Virus record (IMG/VR): IMGVR_UViG_3300012953_000069
Coordinates: 1 to 40,530 of that record
Source of the DNA: a virus
Taxonomy: Duplodnaviria; Caudoviricetes
DNA length: 40,530 bases
Reading direction: 5' to 3' (one strand)
Part shown: positions 16,323 through 27,500 of the stretch, in pieces
Layout of the letters: each line of letters opens with the position of its first letter
How positions within the stretch are numbered: position 1 is the first letter of the stretch
The notes under the pieces: model-generated
What the model was told of the DNA's origin: nothing
What the model saw: the letters and a program-made list of their open reading frames with translations, nothing else
Database searches by the model: none
Translations under genes and position numbers: made by a program

Positions 16323-19300
16323 TGATCACCACATCTTTTACTAAAGTACAAGTCAATGAACTTGTTCAAAGTCAGATACCTGAGTATATTAACTCTGAAA
16401 ATCCTCTTTTTGGAGACTTTATAAAGCAATTTTATATTTCTCAAGAGTTTCAAGGTGGTTCTATTGATATTGCTGATAATTTAGTTGAGTATAAGGGTCT
16501 TGATTTTGCCAATAAGACAAATCTAACTGGGTTTACATCGGTTTCTACTTATATAAGTGGTTTTGAAGACACAATTTATGTCGATTCTACTTCTGGTTGG
16601 CCAGATAAATGGGGATTATTAAAAATTGATGATGAGATTATTACATATACTGGTATAGGAACTACTTCATTTACTGGTTGTGTTCGTGGATTTAGTGGTA
16701 TTGAGAATAATTCAAAAACAAATCAACCAGAATATCTAACTTTTAGTAATAGTGGAGTAGGAACTCACGCTGTAGATTCTAAGGTTCATAATCTAAGTAA
16801 TGTTTTCTTACAGACTTTTTTCAAAAATCTAAAGAAACAGATTTTACCAGGTTTTTCAGAAAGAAATATAAACGATAAGGTTGATCAGTCTAATTTTATT
16901 AGACAAGCAAAGGATTTTTATAAGTCAAAAGGAACAGAAGAAGCATTCAAAATATTATTCAAAGCATTATATGATGAAAAGGTTGAGATGATTCAACCTT
17001 CACAATATATTCTAAAACCATCTGCTGCTGATTATATTGTCAATGATGTATTGATTTGTGAATCTCTTGAAGGTGATCCTGAGAAACTTCAAGGTGAAAC
17101 TTTAGTTCAAGATACAACTCCAATAGAGACAAGTGGTTCAATTTATAGTGTTGAACGTACTGTTATTGATAATAAAAAATATTATAAGGTTTCTATAGAC
17201 CAAAGTAGTCTTGTAGGTAAATTTAGACAAATTGGTAAGACTTTTGTAACAAAAACTGCTGGTATTGGTGAAACAATATTGAGTGTTGATTCAACGGTTG
17301 GATTTGGGTCTACAGGAACTATAAAGTTTGAAAATAAAAATTTTGATTATATTGATAAGAATTACACACAGTTTCTTGGTATATCAAGTCTTAGTTCGTC
17401 ATGTGGTATTGGATCTACTGTTAGATCTGGATTAGAAGTATATTCATATGAAGAGGGTGATCTTACTAAACCAGTAAGAATGAATGTTTTGGGTGTTATC
17501 AATAAGTTTGTTGGTAATGCAAATAATCAACAAAGAAATGCTGTTGTAAATGTAAAAACATTAGGTATTGAACAAAAAGATTTTAGATTCTCATCTTGGA
17601 TATACAATACTGCTGCACACCATAATATATTAGGATGGAATCATTTAGGTGGTCAAAGTTATAAACTTGATTTAGTTAATGAGCATACTTTTTATGTTGG
17701 AGATACACTTGATGTTGTAGATGACGATGATAATGTTCAAGAAGGCACTATTAGTAGTATTCCTACAAATAAACAAATAGTTATAAGTACAGGACAACTA
17801 GATTCATCTAAAACGTACTTTATTAGAAGAAAAATAAAAACAACTGTTGATGGATATACTGCAGACATACAGAATACCTATAGTGATAGTAATGATTGTG
17901 TTTATAGTGCTTCTAATAGTTTACCTCATTGGAGTATTGATCCTCAAACGAGAAAGAGAACATTTATTTCTAGCATAAATGTGGCAGGATCGACTATCGA
18001 AGTTATAGATCACAATTTTCATGATGGTGAGTTGGTTGTTTATAATACCACTACTGGTATAGGTACACTAACAAATCTTGAAGAAGGTCAACCATATTAT
18101 CTCAAAAAAATAGATGCAAATAAGGTTGCATTAGCATATTCATTAGAAAACGTTCGTAATGCTCGTTATATTGATGCATTTACTGCAACAGATATAGCAA
18201 GTGCAACTAGTCATACTTTAACTCCAGAGGTTGTTGCAAATAGTAACTTAGGAGCACAAAAGTTACTTAGAAAATTTGATTCTCCTACATTTGGTGATAA
18301 CAAGATAAAAACTGTTCAGGGTGGAGTTGGATTATTTGCAAACGGTGTAGAAATATATTCCTATAAAGCAACTGATAAAGTTTTTTACGGTCCTGTACAA
18401 TCTATTGATATTCTAAACTCTGGGGAAGACTATGATCTTATCAATTCTCCTAGATTATCAGTTACACAAACTGGACATACTGGAGCTGGATGTTCTGCTA
18501 TTGCTCATGTAAAGGGATCTATAAAAGAAATAAATCTGAATACTTTTGGATTAGATTACTTAGAAACACCTAATGTTTCTATTATTGGTGGTAATGATAC
18601 GACTTCTAGTGCTTTTGCTCAGATGAAGATTGTTCAACAGGAAACCAGTTTTGATAGTACAACTCAAGGAAGCATTGTCAATACATTTACTGATAGGTTT
18701 GTATTCCCAGAACCTCATGGATTTAAGCATGGAGAAGAAATAATATATGATACTTCAAATACAGATCCTATTGGCATAGGAACAACACCAGGTAACTTAG
18801 TAAAAAATTCTCCATACTACGTAGTCAAACTAAATGACTGGGAAATGCATATCTCTGATACTCAGAAAGATGCACTTGCTGGTATCGGAACACTAGATCT
18901 TACTACCAATGGTGGTGGTGTTCATAAGTTTACTAGTAAGGATAGAAGACATAAAGTTGATAAGATTGTTGTAACTAATAGTGGTTCTTTCAAGAATAGA
19001 ACAAATACTACAAAAATAGCAGGTATCAATACGTTTACAGATAGTGTAAATATCAAAGGTCATGGTTTCTTATCAGGAGATTTAGTAAAGTATTCTGCAG
19101 ATGATGTAATAGGTGGTCTAACAAGTGATACTGAATATTATGCAATAAAGATTGATGATAATAATTTTAGAGTAAGTACTGATAAGAAATTAGAAAGTTT
19201 TGTTGGATTTACAACCACGGGTTCTGGTGTACATACATTCCAAGATCCACCAATCTCTGTAGTTATAAGTGGTAGACAAGGAATATCTACAGACAATGCC

Positions 19301-22300
19301 ACTGCAACTCCAGTTATTAGAGGACATTTGACAGGAATTCATATTGAGAATGCTGGTACTGATTTTGGATCTACTGTTATAAACGATATATTCAAACCAA
19401 GTGTTAAACTTGTAGAAGGTGACAAAGCATATATTCGCCCAATGATTGAAAATGGTAAGATTGATCAAGTTATTATTCAATCTGGTGGAGAACAATTCTT
19501 CAGTGTTCCTGATGTTATTATAAAAGGTAGCGGTGTTGGTGCTAAAGCACAAGCAACTATAGAAAATGGATCTGTTACTAAGATTGATATTATCAATGCA
19601 GGTATTGGGTACACTGTTACAGATACTACTGTAAGTCTAAAAACACCTGGTAAAAATGCAATTCTATCTGGAAATATAAAAGAATGGACAGTCAATCAAG
19701 TTGATAAGTTAGTAAAATATGGAGATGTAAAAGATGATGATGGATTCTTAGAGGTATCAACAGATGTTGATTTAGGAAATCCATATGTAAATTATTACAT
19801 ACCAAGAAAACTAAGGGATTACTTAGGTGATGATGGTGCAGAACATTCTCCTATTATTGGGTGGGCATACGATGGTCATCCGATATATGGACCAGTTGGT
19901 ATTGTAGGTGGTCAAGTAAAATATCTTCAATCTAGTTATTCTAAAATTTCTGATGTTGCTAGATTAGATGGTCCTCCTTTATCTAAGTATCCATCTGGTT
20001 TCTTTGTAGAAGACTTCAAGTACATTGAAGGTTATGGTGATTTAGATGATCATAATGGTAGGTTTGCGGTTACTCCAGATTATCCAAATGGGATATATGC
20101 GTACTATTCTACTGTTGAAGAGCAGACTACACAAAACCCATTAGATCCGTTTGATGGTGCAAGAAAACCTGTTTTCCCATATGTAATTGGAGATACGTAT
20201 CATTCTGAACCAAGCAGTTTCAATTTAGATTACAAATCTAATCAAGATATTGCTCCTGATTCATATACTAGAAATACAGAACCTTACAATATTTCTGAAT
20301 ATACCTTTGTAACTAATTCTGGTAAAAATACAAATATAAACTCTAAAATTATTAATACTAAGTCTGGATCTTTAGAGTCTGTAGATGTTGTAATAGAAGG
20401 TTTTGAATATAATGTTGGTGATAAATTGTTGTTTGATAATAGCAATACTCAAGGATTTGGTGCAATTGGAGAATTGATAGAGGTTACTGGACCTGGACTT
20501 TCTTCTATCACAACTAGAATTAGAGAATTTGAAAATGTAAGATTTAGTTCTGTAGCTAATACAGTAATAGGTATTACAACTTTACCTCATCAAATACCCG
20601 ATAGATCTATCGTACAGGTTTATGATGTAAACAATACAGATTATTCTGCTTTTGAACTAAAACCACAAATAAGAGTAGATACCGTAAACTCTGGTCTTAG
20701 CACAGATATGCTTTCTATAGGATTGACTACTTCTGTTACTTTGACTGATAGTATTTTTGATATTAGAGATAAAAAAATAATTTCTATCAATGACTTTGTT
20801 GCAATAGAAAATGAACAACTAAAAGTAATTCAATTAGATTCAACAAATAATAAAGTTACTTTCTTGAGAGCACAGAATGGTACTGTTGCTGCAGCACATA
20901 CTTCTACTACACCAGTTGAAAGATTGGAAAGGAGATTTACATACCAAATAGAATCTCTTCAAAAGTTACCTGCACCAGAAGAATTAGAACTTTATTTTGA
21001 CGCTACTACTATAGTTGGTAGTGGTACTACTTTTGGTGTAGGTATTGGTACAACAGTTTCTACTCCTACAGGTAACAAATTTATTCCAACTAGATCAATA
21101 TACATTCCTGATCATGGATTTAGAAATGGAGAAGAACTAACTTATAGTCCTGGTGCTGGTACGTCTTTGACATATCAAACTGATGCTATGAAGAGAGTGA
21201 ATACTTCATTCACAGCACCATTACCATCAAGTGTATTTGTTCAAACTATTAGTAATAATCTTGTTGGATTAGTAACCACTAGAACTGGTATATCATCCGA
21301 TTTGCAACGAGTGATGTATACAGGAAACATTGGTATTGGTAATACTCATAATTTTACTACTAATAGATCTAATATTACAGGTAAATTAAGAGTAGTGGAT
21401 GTTATTGGTACTACTGTTGGTGTTCATAGCATGAAGAGGTCTGATACGGTTGATATAAATGTGGTTTCTGCTGCTACTAGTGCCTTATATGCAACGTATG
21501 ATGAAGGAACAAGATTTATCAATCTATCAAATGTGAGTGTTGGTGCAGCTAAATCTATAAACCCACCAATTAATGTAGTCAAAGGAGATATACTTAGATT
21601 TGATACATCAGATCCATCCCTAGAAGACACTAAAATATGTTTTTATAAAGATCAATCATTCAAAAAAGAATTTGTTGGTTCTGGGGTATCTGCAATTGAA
21701 ATAGAGACTACAAGTATAGCAGGTAATGCAAACTCTAAGACTGAGGTTCATTTTACCCCACAAGTTCCTAATATATTATATTATGCGTTCAAATCTATTG
21801 GTGATACTAAAGTAATAGAATGTAATAAGGATATTATAGATTATTCTAAGATAGTTGTTGAGGATAGTAAATTTAGTGGTAGATTTGGTATCACTACTAC
21901 AACAGATAATACATTTGAATATAATCTCAAACATATTCCAGAAAGAGTTGGATATACTACAGATGCTGTTGTTACATATACAACTGATTCTACCACACAA
22001 CGTGGAGGATTAGGAAAAGCATTATTAACATCAGGTGGTACTTCTTATAGAGATATTCCTGAAGTTTCTATTGCATCTACAACTGGTACTGCTGGTGCAA
22101 TCAAAGTTTCTGGTAATAGAATAGGTCTTATTGATAAAATTGATCTGGTTGAGTATGGTTTTGATTATCCTTCAGATCCTACTTTGAATCCATCTGCAAT
22201 AGTACCAAGTATTATTAGATTGAAAGATAACTTTAGTATAGAAAGTGTTGGAGTTTCTTCTGTAGGTACAAATTATCTTTCACCTCCAAACTTTGTAGTT

Positions 22301-24577
22301 TACAATAGAAAATCTGATAATGTAATTGGTGATGTTGAGTTTTTAGCAGAACTAGATGGTGCTGGTGTCAAAAAAGTTACTGTTGTTAATGGTGGTGGTA
22401 ACTTGAGTAGTTCTGATAATGAATTGATTGCTGTAGATAATACAAATGGTGTTGGTATTATTACTGCTACCTATTCTAATCCAAATGCGACTCTTAGATT
22501 ACAAACTCCTCCAGCAGGGTTTACTACAACATTCCCAATGCCATTTACTGTTGGAGATGAAATTTTTGTTGAGAACGTAGGTGTTAGTTCTGGTAAGGGA
22601 TATAATTCAGCAGATCATAAGTATAAGACATTTACTATAACTGGTGTTACTACTAATTACGGACAACCCAACCAAGCAACAATATCTTATCAACCTGATG
22701 AGGCGTTGGGATATGATGATTTCAATAAGTTTGGAACAGTAACAAACATCAAAGATATTGCTAAATTCAAATTGAACTTAAAACAAGGAACGTTCAATAA
22801 TAATGAAGTTATCATAGGAAATAATAATGCACAGGCAAGATTGATTGCAGGTGAAGGAAAATCAATAAATGTCTTACGTGTTGATAGTTTAGTTGGATTC
22901 CATACTGGCGATAAAGTAATCGGTGAACTATCTCGTTCTTCTGGTACTATTGATTCTATGGAATCATTTACTGGAAACTTTGAAATTGATAGTACAATTT
23001 CTAGAAGATTTGGATGGGAAGGTGATAGTGGTAAATTATCGGACTTCTATCAAAGATTGCAAGATAATGATTATTATCAGCATTTTGCATATTCGTTGAA
23101 ATCTCAGGTTGGTATTTCTTCTTGGGGAGAACCAGTCGATTCATTAGCACATATTGGAGGATTTAAAAAACATTCTGATTTATTGATTCCTTCTGTACCT
23201 ACAGTACAACAATCTACAGTAGCTCCAGGTGTAACTACTGCTACTGGTGGTATTATTATGATTGATAATTATATTGATTTAGAAAAAAGAAATAGTTGGG
23301 ATCTTATTTCAGAGAATACTAATCCTACTGGAACTTCTAGTAAGCAAATCAATTTTACTTCTAAAAGATTTGGTGAGGCTCTTCAATGTAAGGGTAATAG
23401 AGTTTTGAATTTGGATGATATAAGTTCTGACTTCTATACTGATCCAAATATATTCAGATCTCTTGAACTAGATCGTTTTGATATGAACGAAACTTCAGCA
23501 GTCAAATATTATGCACAGGTAGTATTAGATACCTCATTAGGTATAACATATAATACTATTCAATACACTGAGTTTGTTGTAACTCATGACCAAAGCGAAG
23601 CATTTTTGAACACATATGCTGAATTATCAGATTCCTTCGATCTAGGAGAATTCAATGCTACTACGGAAGGTGGTATTCTCAGTGTTAGTTTTTCACCTGC
23701 CAATCCTGATCATGAGGTTGATATTACTTTCTTCAAGGAAGTGCTCCCAGATGCTGTTGGTGTGGGAACCACTGCTGTTGGTCTAATACAAAAAGTTGGT
23801 ATGACATCAGCGATTGCTGCATCAGGTTCTCCGTCAGTGCAAGTACTCTATGAAATAGACAGTACTAAGTTTAGATCTGGTAGTGTTGTTATTGCTGCAG
23901 AAGGACCAAATGAAAAGGAAATTGACGAATTTACATTCCTAGCATCAGGAACAATTGCATGTGATTATAGTAATTTTGGTCAGATGGATTCTGGAACTGA
24001 CTTAGGAACATTTGCAGTAAACCATGCTAGTGGCGTTATTAGATTAGAATATACTCCTGTTGCAGGTATAGGAGTCACAGTCTCTACAATAACCTCTTTA
24101 GTTGGAGTTGATACTCATGTATCTTACAGTGGATTTACTACTACAAGATATAGGATTGGTGATACTGAATTGAATTCTAGAAGAACTGAAATTGCTGCTG
24201 CAGCATCTCCTACTGCTGTTGTAATATCTGAAAAAGATTCACAAACCTTTGCTACATCTAAGTATTCAATTGAAGTAGAAAATACTACAGATAATGCATA
24301 TTCGTATTATCAAGTCACAGCAAATAATTATGAGGGTACTGTAAACTACAGTAAGTTCAATAACCTATCAACTGCCACAGGCATCTCAACTATTGGTGCG
24401 GAGAATAATATTCCAAATCCACAAAGAGATGTTCGTGCAACTGAGGTCGTTGCTTCTGGAGATAATACCCAAGTGAAATTTACACCAGCACCTAACAAAG
24501 CATATATTGTTAGAGTTGCTGAATTAAGACTAGACAAACCAGACGCACTCTCAAGTAACACTGAGGTTGGCTTCTAA
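16322..24577 (+). CDS. gp7: large baseplate wedge initiator gp7-like protein, N-terminal part (2751 aa)
   Basis: Follows gp6. SQIPEYI...F..FIKQFY.SQE, KDFYKSKGT, a YHYH-like domain (HSPIIGWAYDGHPIYGP...DLDDHNGR), LQDNDYYQ.FAYSLKS and repeated H[GN]F..G[ED]...Y modules. Confidence 0.8.
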   Translation: MITTSFTKVQVNELVQSQIPEYINSENPLFGDFIKQFYISQEFQGGSIDIADNLVEYKGLDFANKTNLTGFTSVSTYISGFEDTIYVDSTSGWPDKWGLLKIDDEIITYTGIGTTSFTGCVRGFSGIENNSKTNQPEYLTFSNSGVGTHAVDSKVHNLSNVFLQTFFKNLKKQILPGFSERNINDKVDQSNFIRQAKDFYKSKGTEEAFKILFKALYDEKVEMIQPSQYILKPSAADYIVNDVLICESLEGDPEKLQGETLVQDTTPIETSGSIYSVERTVIDNKKYYKVSIDQSSLVGKFRQIGKTFVTKTAGIGETILSVDSTVGFGSTGTIKFENKNFDYIDKNYTQFLGISSLSSSCGIGSTVRSGLEVYSYEEGDLTKPVRMNVLGVINKFVGNANNQQRNAVVNVKTLGIEQKDFRFSSWIYNTAAHHNILGWNHLGGQSYKLDLVNEHTFYVGDTLDVVDDDDNVQEGTISSIPTNKQIVISTGQLDSSKTYFIRRKIKTTVDGYTADIQNTYSDSNDCVYSASNSLPHWSIDPQTRKRTFISSINVAGSTIEVIDHNFHDGELVVYNTTTGIGTLTNLEEGQPYYLKKIDANKVALAYSLENVRNARYIDAFTATDIASATSHTLTPEVVANSNLGAQKLLRKFDSPTFGDNKIKTVQGGVGLFANGVEIYSYKATDKVFYGPVQSIDILNSGEDYDLINSPRLSVTQTGHTGAGCSAIAHVKGSIKEINLNTFGLDYLETPNVSIIGGNDTTSSAFAQMKIVQQETSFDSTTQGSIVNTFTDRFVFPEPHGFKHGEEIIYDTSNTDPIGIGTTPGNLVKNSPYYVVKLNDWEMHISDTQKDALAGIGTLDLTTNGGGVHKFTSKDRRHKVDKIVVTNSGSFKNRTNTTKIAGINTFTDSVNIKGHGFLSGDLVKYSADDVIGGLTSDTEYYAIKIDDNNFRVSTDKKLESFVGFTTTGSGVHTFQDPPISVVISGRQGISTDNATATPVIRGHLTGIHIENAGTDFGSTVINDIFKPSVKLVEGDKAYIRPMIENGKIDQVIIQSGGEQFFSVPDVIIKGSGVGAKAQATIENGSVTKIDIINAGIGYTVTDTTVSLKTPGKNAILSGNIKEWTVNQVDKLVKYGDVKDDDGFLEVSTDVDLGNPYVNYYIPRKLRDYLGDDGAEHSPIIGWAYDGHPIYGPVGIVGGQVKYLQSSYSKISDVARLDGPPLSKYPSGFFVEDFKYIEGYGDLDDHNGRFAVTPDYPNGIYAYYSTVEEQTTQNPLDPFDGARKPVFPYVIGDTYHSEPSSFNLDYKSNQDIAPDSYTRNTEPYNISEYTFVTNSGKNTNINSKIINTKSGSLESVDVVIEGFEYNVGDKLLFDNSNTQGFGAIGELIEVTGPGLSSITTRIREFENVRFSSVANTVIGITTLPHQIPDRSIVQVYDVNNTDYSAFELKPQIRVDTVNSGLSTDMLSIGLTTSVTLTDSIFDIRDKKIISINDFVAIENEQLKVIQLDSTNNKVTFLRAQNGTVAAAHTSTTPVERLERRFTYQIESLQKLPAPEELELYFDATTIVGSGTTFGVGIGTTVSTPTGNKFIPTRSIYIPDHGFRNGEELTYSPGAGTSLTYQTDAMKRVNTSFTAPLPSSVFVQTISNNLVGLVTTRTGISSDLQRVMYTGNIGIGNTHNFTTNRSNITGKLRVVDVIGTTVGVHSMKRSDTVDINVVSAATSALYATYDEGTRFINLSNVSVGAAKSINPPINVVKGDILRFDTSDPSLEDTKICFYKDQSFKKEFVGSGVSAIEIETTSIAGNANSKTEVHFTPQVPNILYYAFKSIGDTKVIECNKDIIDYSKIVVEDSKFSGRFGITTTTDNTFEYNLKHIPERVGYTTDAVVTYTTDSTTQRGGLGKALLTSGGTSYRDIPEVSIASTTGTAGAIKVSGNRIGLIDKIDLVEYGFDYPSDPTLNPSAIVPSIIRLKDNFSIESVGVSSVGTNYLSPPNFVVYNRKSDNVIGDVEFLAELDGAGVKKVTVVNGGGNLSSSDNELIAVDNTNGVGIITATYSNPNATLRLQTPPAGFTTTFPMPFTVGDEIFVENVGVSSGKGYNSADHKYKTFTITGVTTNYGQPNQATISYQPDEALGYDDFNKFGTVTNIKDIAKFKLNLKQGTFNNNEVIIGNNNAQARLIAGEGKSINVLRVDSLVGFHTGDKVIGELSRSSGTIDSMESFTGNFEIDSTISRRFGWEGDSGKLSDFYQRLQDNDYYQHFAYSLKSQVGISSWGEPVDSLAHIGGFKKHSDLLIPSVPTVQQSTVAPGVTTATGGIIMIDNYIDLEKRNSWDLISENTNPTGTSSKQINFTSKRFGEALQCKGNRVLNLDDISSDFYTDPNIFRSLELDRFDMNETSAVKYYAQVVLDTSLGITYNTIQYTEFVVTHDQSEAFLNTYAELSDSFDLGEFNATTEGGILSVSFSPANPDHEVDITFFKEVLPDAVGVGTTAVGLIQKVGMTSAIAASGSPSVQVLYEIDSTKFRSGSVVIAAEGPNEKEIDEFTFLASGTIACDYSNFGQMDSGTDLGTFAVNHASGVIRLEYTPVAGIGVTVSTITSLVGVDTHVSYSGFTTTRYRIGDTELNSRRTEIAAAASPTAVVISEKDSQTFATSKYSIEVENTTDNAYSYYQVTANNYEGTVNYSKFNNLSTATGISTIGAENNIPNPQRDVRATEVVASGDNTQVKFTPAPNKAYIVRVAELRLDKPDALSSNTEVGF

Positions 24578-24580
24578 ATA
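24574..24580 (+). promoter_or_regulatory. late promoter motif (CTAAATA)
   Basis: Overlaps the stop codon and lies 17 nt upstream of the ATG at 24598. Confidence 0.6.
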
Positions 24581-24597
24581 TCTCAAAAGACTTATAA

Positions 24598-27500
24598 ATG
24601 TTTAAGTTAGCATCTGTAAATAAGCAATTTGGTAAGGCAACAGAAACCTTTCAGCAGTCATTCAATTTGACTCATAGAGGTATACCTGTTTTTGCCAAAA
24701 CATTTGATGCTAGTGATTCTGCAGTAGTAGATCTTTCTGAAGATCAGTTTGTAATGAACAATCATTACTTTAGAACTGGTGAACCTATTGTTTATGATGC
24801 AACCAATGGTACTGCGGTTGGTATACAACATGGTGTGAATGGTGTTGGGGCTGCAACTACATTACCAATACAATTGTATGCAATTGAAGTTACTGAAGAT
24901 AAATTTCAAGTTGCAATTAGTGCTGCAAATGCTGCTAATAATTTACCTATAGGATTGACTACTGTTGGAATAGGTACTACTCATAGATTTCTTTCAGAAA
25001 AACAAAATACTAAATGTTTGATTGCAATAGACAATGTTATTCAATCTCCAATTTATAACATTCCAACTACTGTTACTACTTGTCAAAACAATATAATTGG
25101 TACGAAAATTCTTTTTGCGGATGCAGGTAATTTTAGTAGATATGATTTGATAAAAGTTAATGATGAGATAATGCGTATTCAAATTATTGGGATAGATGGT
25201 GTTCCCAATAAAGTTTTAGTTGATCGTGCATGGATGGGTACAAATCAATTTGCTCATCAAATTGGTGATAGCATACATTTATTAGGTGGTGATTATAATA
25301 TCATAAGTGATAGAATTTTCTTTTCAGATGTACCTTACGGTGGCAATAGAGAAGAAATAGGAATATCATCTGAAACCATAGATGTATCATTAAACTCATT
25401 TAACTTACTATCAGATAGTTTAGAATCTGGTACGAAAGTAAAACTTAGAACCCTTGATCCACCAAGACCACTAGAAGAAAACCAAGAATATTTCATTATC
25501 AAAAATTCTGCAAATAACTTCTCATTTGCAGATGATAGAGGAAAAGCTTTATCTGGGGATGCTATTGACTTAATAACTGCTGGTATTGGAACTCATAAAA
25601 TAGTACTTTCTGATGCTACTGATGGTAGTTCATTTCAAGGTAGAGTTTTCACTAGATCAGATTACCATGATAATGTTATTTTAGATGATATATCTTCAGA
25701 TTTTACTGGAATAGGTAAGACGTTTACAATAAAGAGTTCAGGTGTTAATACCACTGGACTATCTACTGATTTTGGTCCTATATTGATAAACAATGTTTTT
25801 CAAAGACCAGGTATAGATTATAATTTAGATGGTGATGCTGCAACTGGTATTACTACTATAACATTTACTGGTAATGAAAATTCTGATCAAGCAGAAACAT
25901 ATAGTACCTCTGATGTAAACTCTAATAATTTACCTAGAAAAGGTATTATTACACGTATTGACGAATGGGAAAAGGGATATGGATATCAACCAAGAGTTGT
26001 TGGTGTTGGTACTGCTACAATCAACTCATCAGGAGTTATATCAAGTATTGGTATGGGTTTTACTGGTAGTGGATATAGAAATAATAATGAAACTATCTAC
26101 AAATTCAAAGTATTAGGTGGTGATGCAACTACAGGTGCTGCTGGTACATTTACAACTGAAGTCGGACATATAAAGACTATTGATATAACTGATAGTGGTT
26201 CTGGTTATTATTATAAGTCAGTATCAAATGCAATTCATGATATAAACTCAGGTATCATGACTGTAACAACATCTGCTAATCACAACTTAGCAGTTGGTGA
26301 TAGGGTTGTATTGCGTGGTATCAATATGAGTGATGGTAGTTCAACATATTCATTCCCATTCCCAGATGAAGTTGGTTATCAAGGAGCAAGAGTTGTTGAG
26401 ATTGTACCAAGTGTAAGAAAGTTCTCTGTAAATGTAGGTGTACATACAGTTGCAACAACATATGGTAGTGGTGGTGTTATCAATAAACCAACTGACGTTC
26501 AATTTGATTCTCCTATTGGATATGATGATGTTGCATTAGTAAGTGCTTTGACAGGTATAGGAGCATCAGTTGCTTTAGATGCAAACCAACTCACTCAGAT
26601 GAAAGGTTTTGAGTTGACTAATGTTGGATATGGATATAGTGAAGGTGAAAATCTAACTATCAGTGGTATCAATACTGATCCAACTCTTATTGAAAAAGGA
26701 TTTATAGATGTTGCTAGTGGTGACGAATATAAAATTTATCATGCAGAATATAATGCAAATGTTGGAATACTAACTGCTGCTATTGGTATTCATACTTTGA
26801 CAGTTGGTATGGGCGTGAGTTTGAAAAATGAATGTATTGGATTTACATGTTCGCAAGATACTTATTCAACACTTCATAAGTATCCAAGATCAACAGATCC
26901 TGTTTCTGGTATAAGTACTGCTATTGTTGGAGTTGGTACTACAACAGTTTCTATAGATGTTGGAATGCCTCCAGTAAATCAAAGAAATGATTATAAGTTT
27001 GCTGGTGCAGCATTCTTAGCAACCTCATTCAAAGTTAAGTTTACTATGGATGATGAATTCTCTGGATGGGTGTTAGGTAAACTACAAATTTTAGATGATT
27101 TCTCAGATGACTTTGATGGTGCTAGAACAGTATTTACTTTAACCGAGGATGGAGCAGCTATTAGTTTTGAAAAAGATATTGGTATTCCTGTTATCATACA
27201 AAATAGTCTTTTGATATTCTTAGACGATGTTCTTCAAGAACCAGGTAAAGCATATACTTATAGTGGTGGTACTCAAATAGCATTTACAGAACCACCTAAA
27301 GAAGGTGCTAAACTTCAAATATTATTCTATAAAGGTACTGATAGTGATGTAGGAACTTTGACTGCTGTTCCTAGTTTGAAAACTGGTGATATTATTCAGG
27401 TAGATAGTGATCCAGAAGAAGGTCAGGATGAACGTATTGTTAGAGAAATTGTTTCTAGAGATACTATTCAGACTACTCTATACAGAGGTGCAGGAATTAG

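Noticed and set aside
24560-24610. Stop-codon readthrough or programmed frameshift joining the two gp7-like ORFs
   Set aside because: The ORFs are out of frame, so readthrough cannot join them. I see no clear slippery site, and a late-promoter motif and ATG support independent expression.
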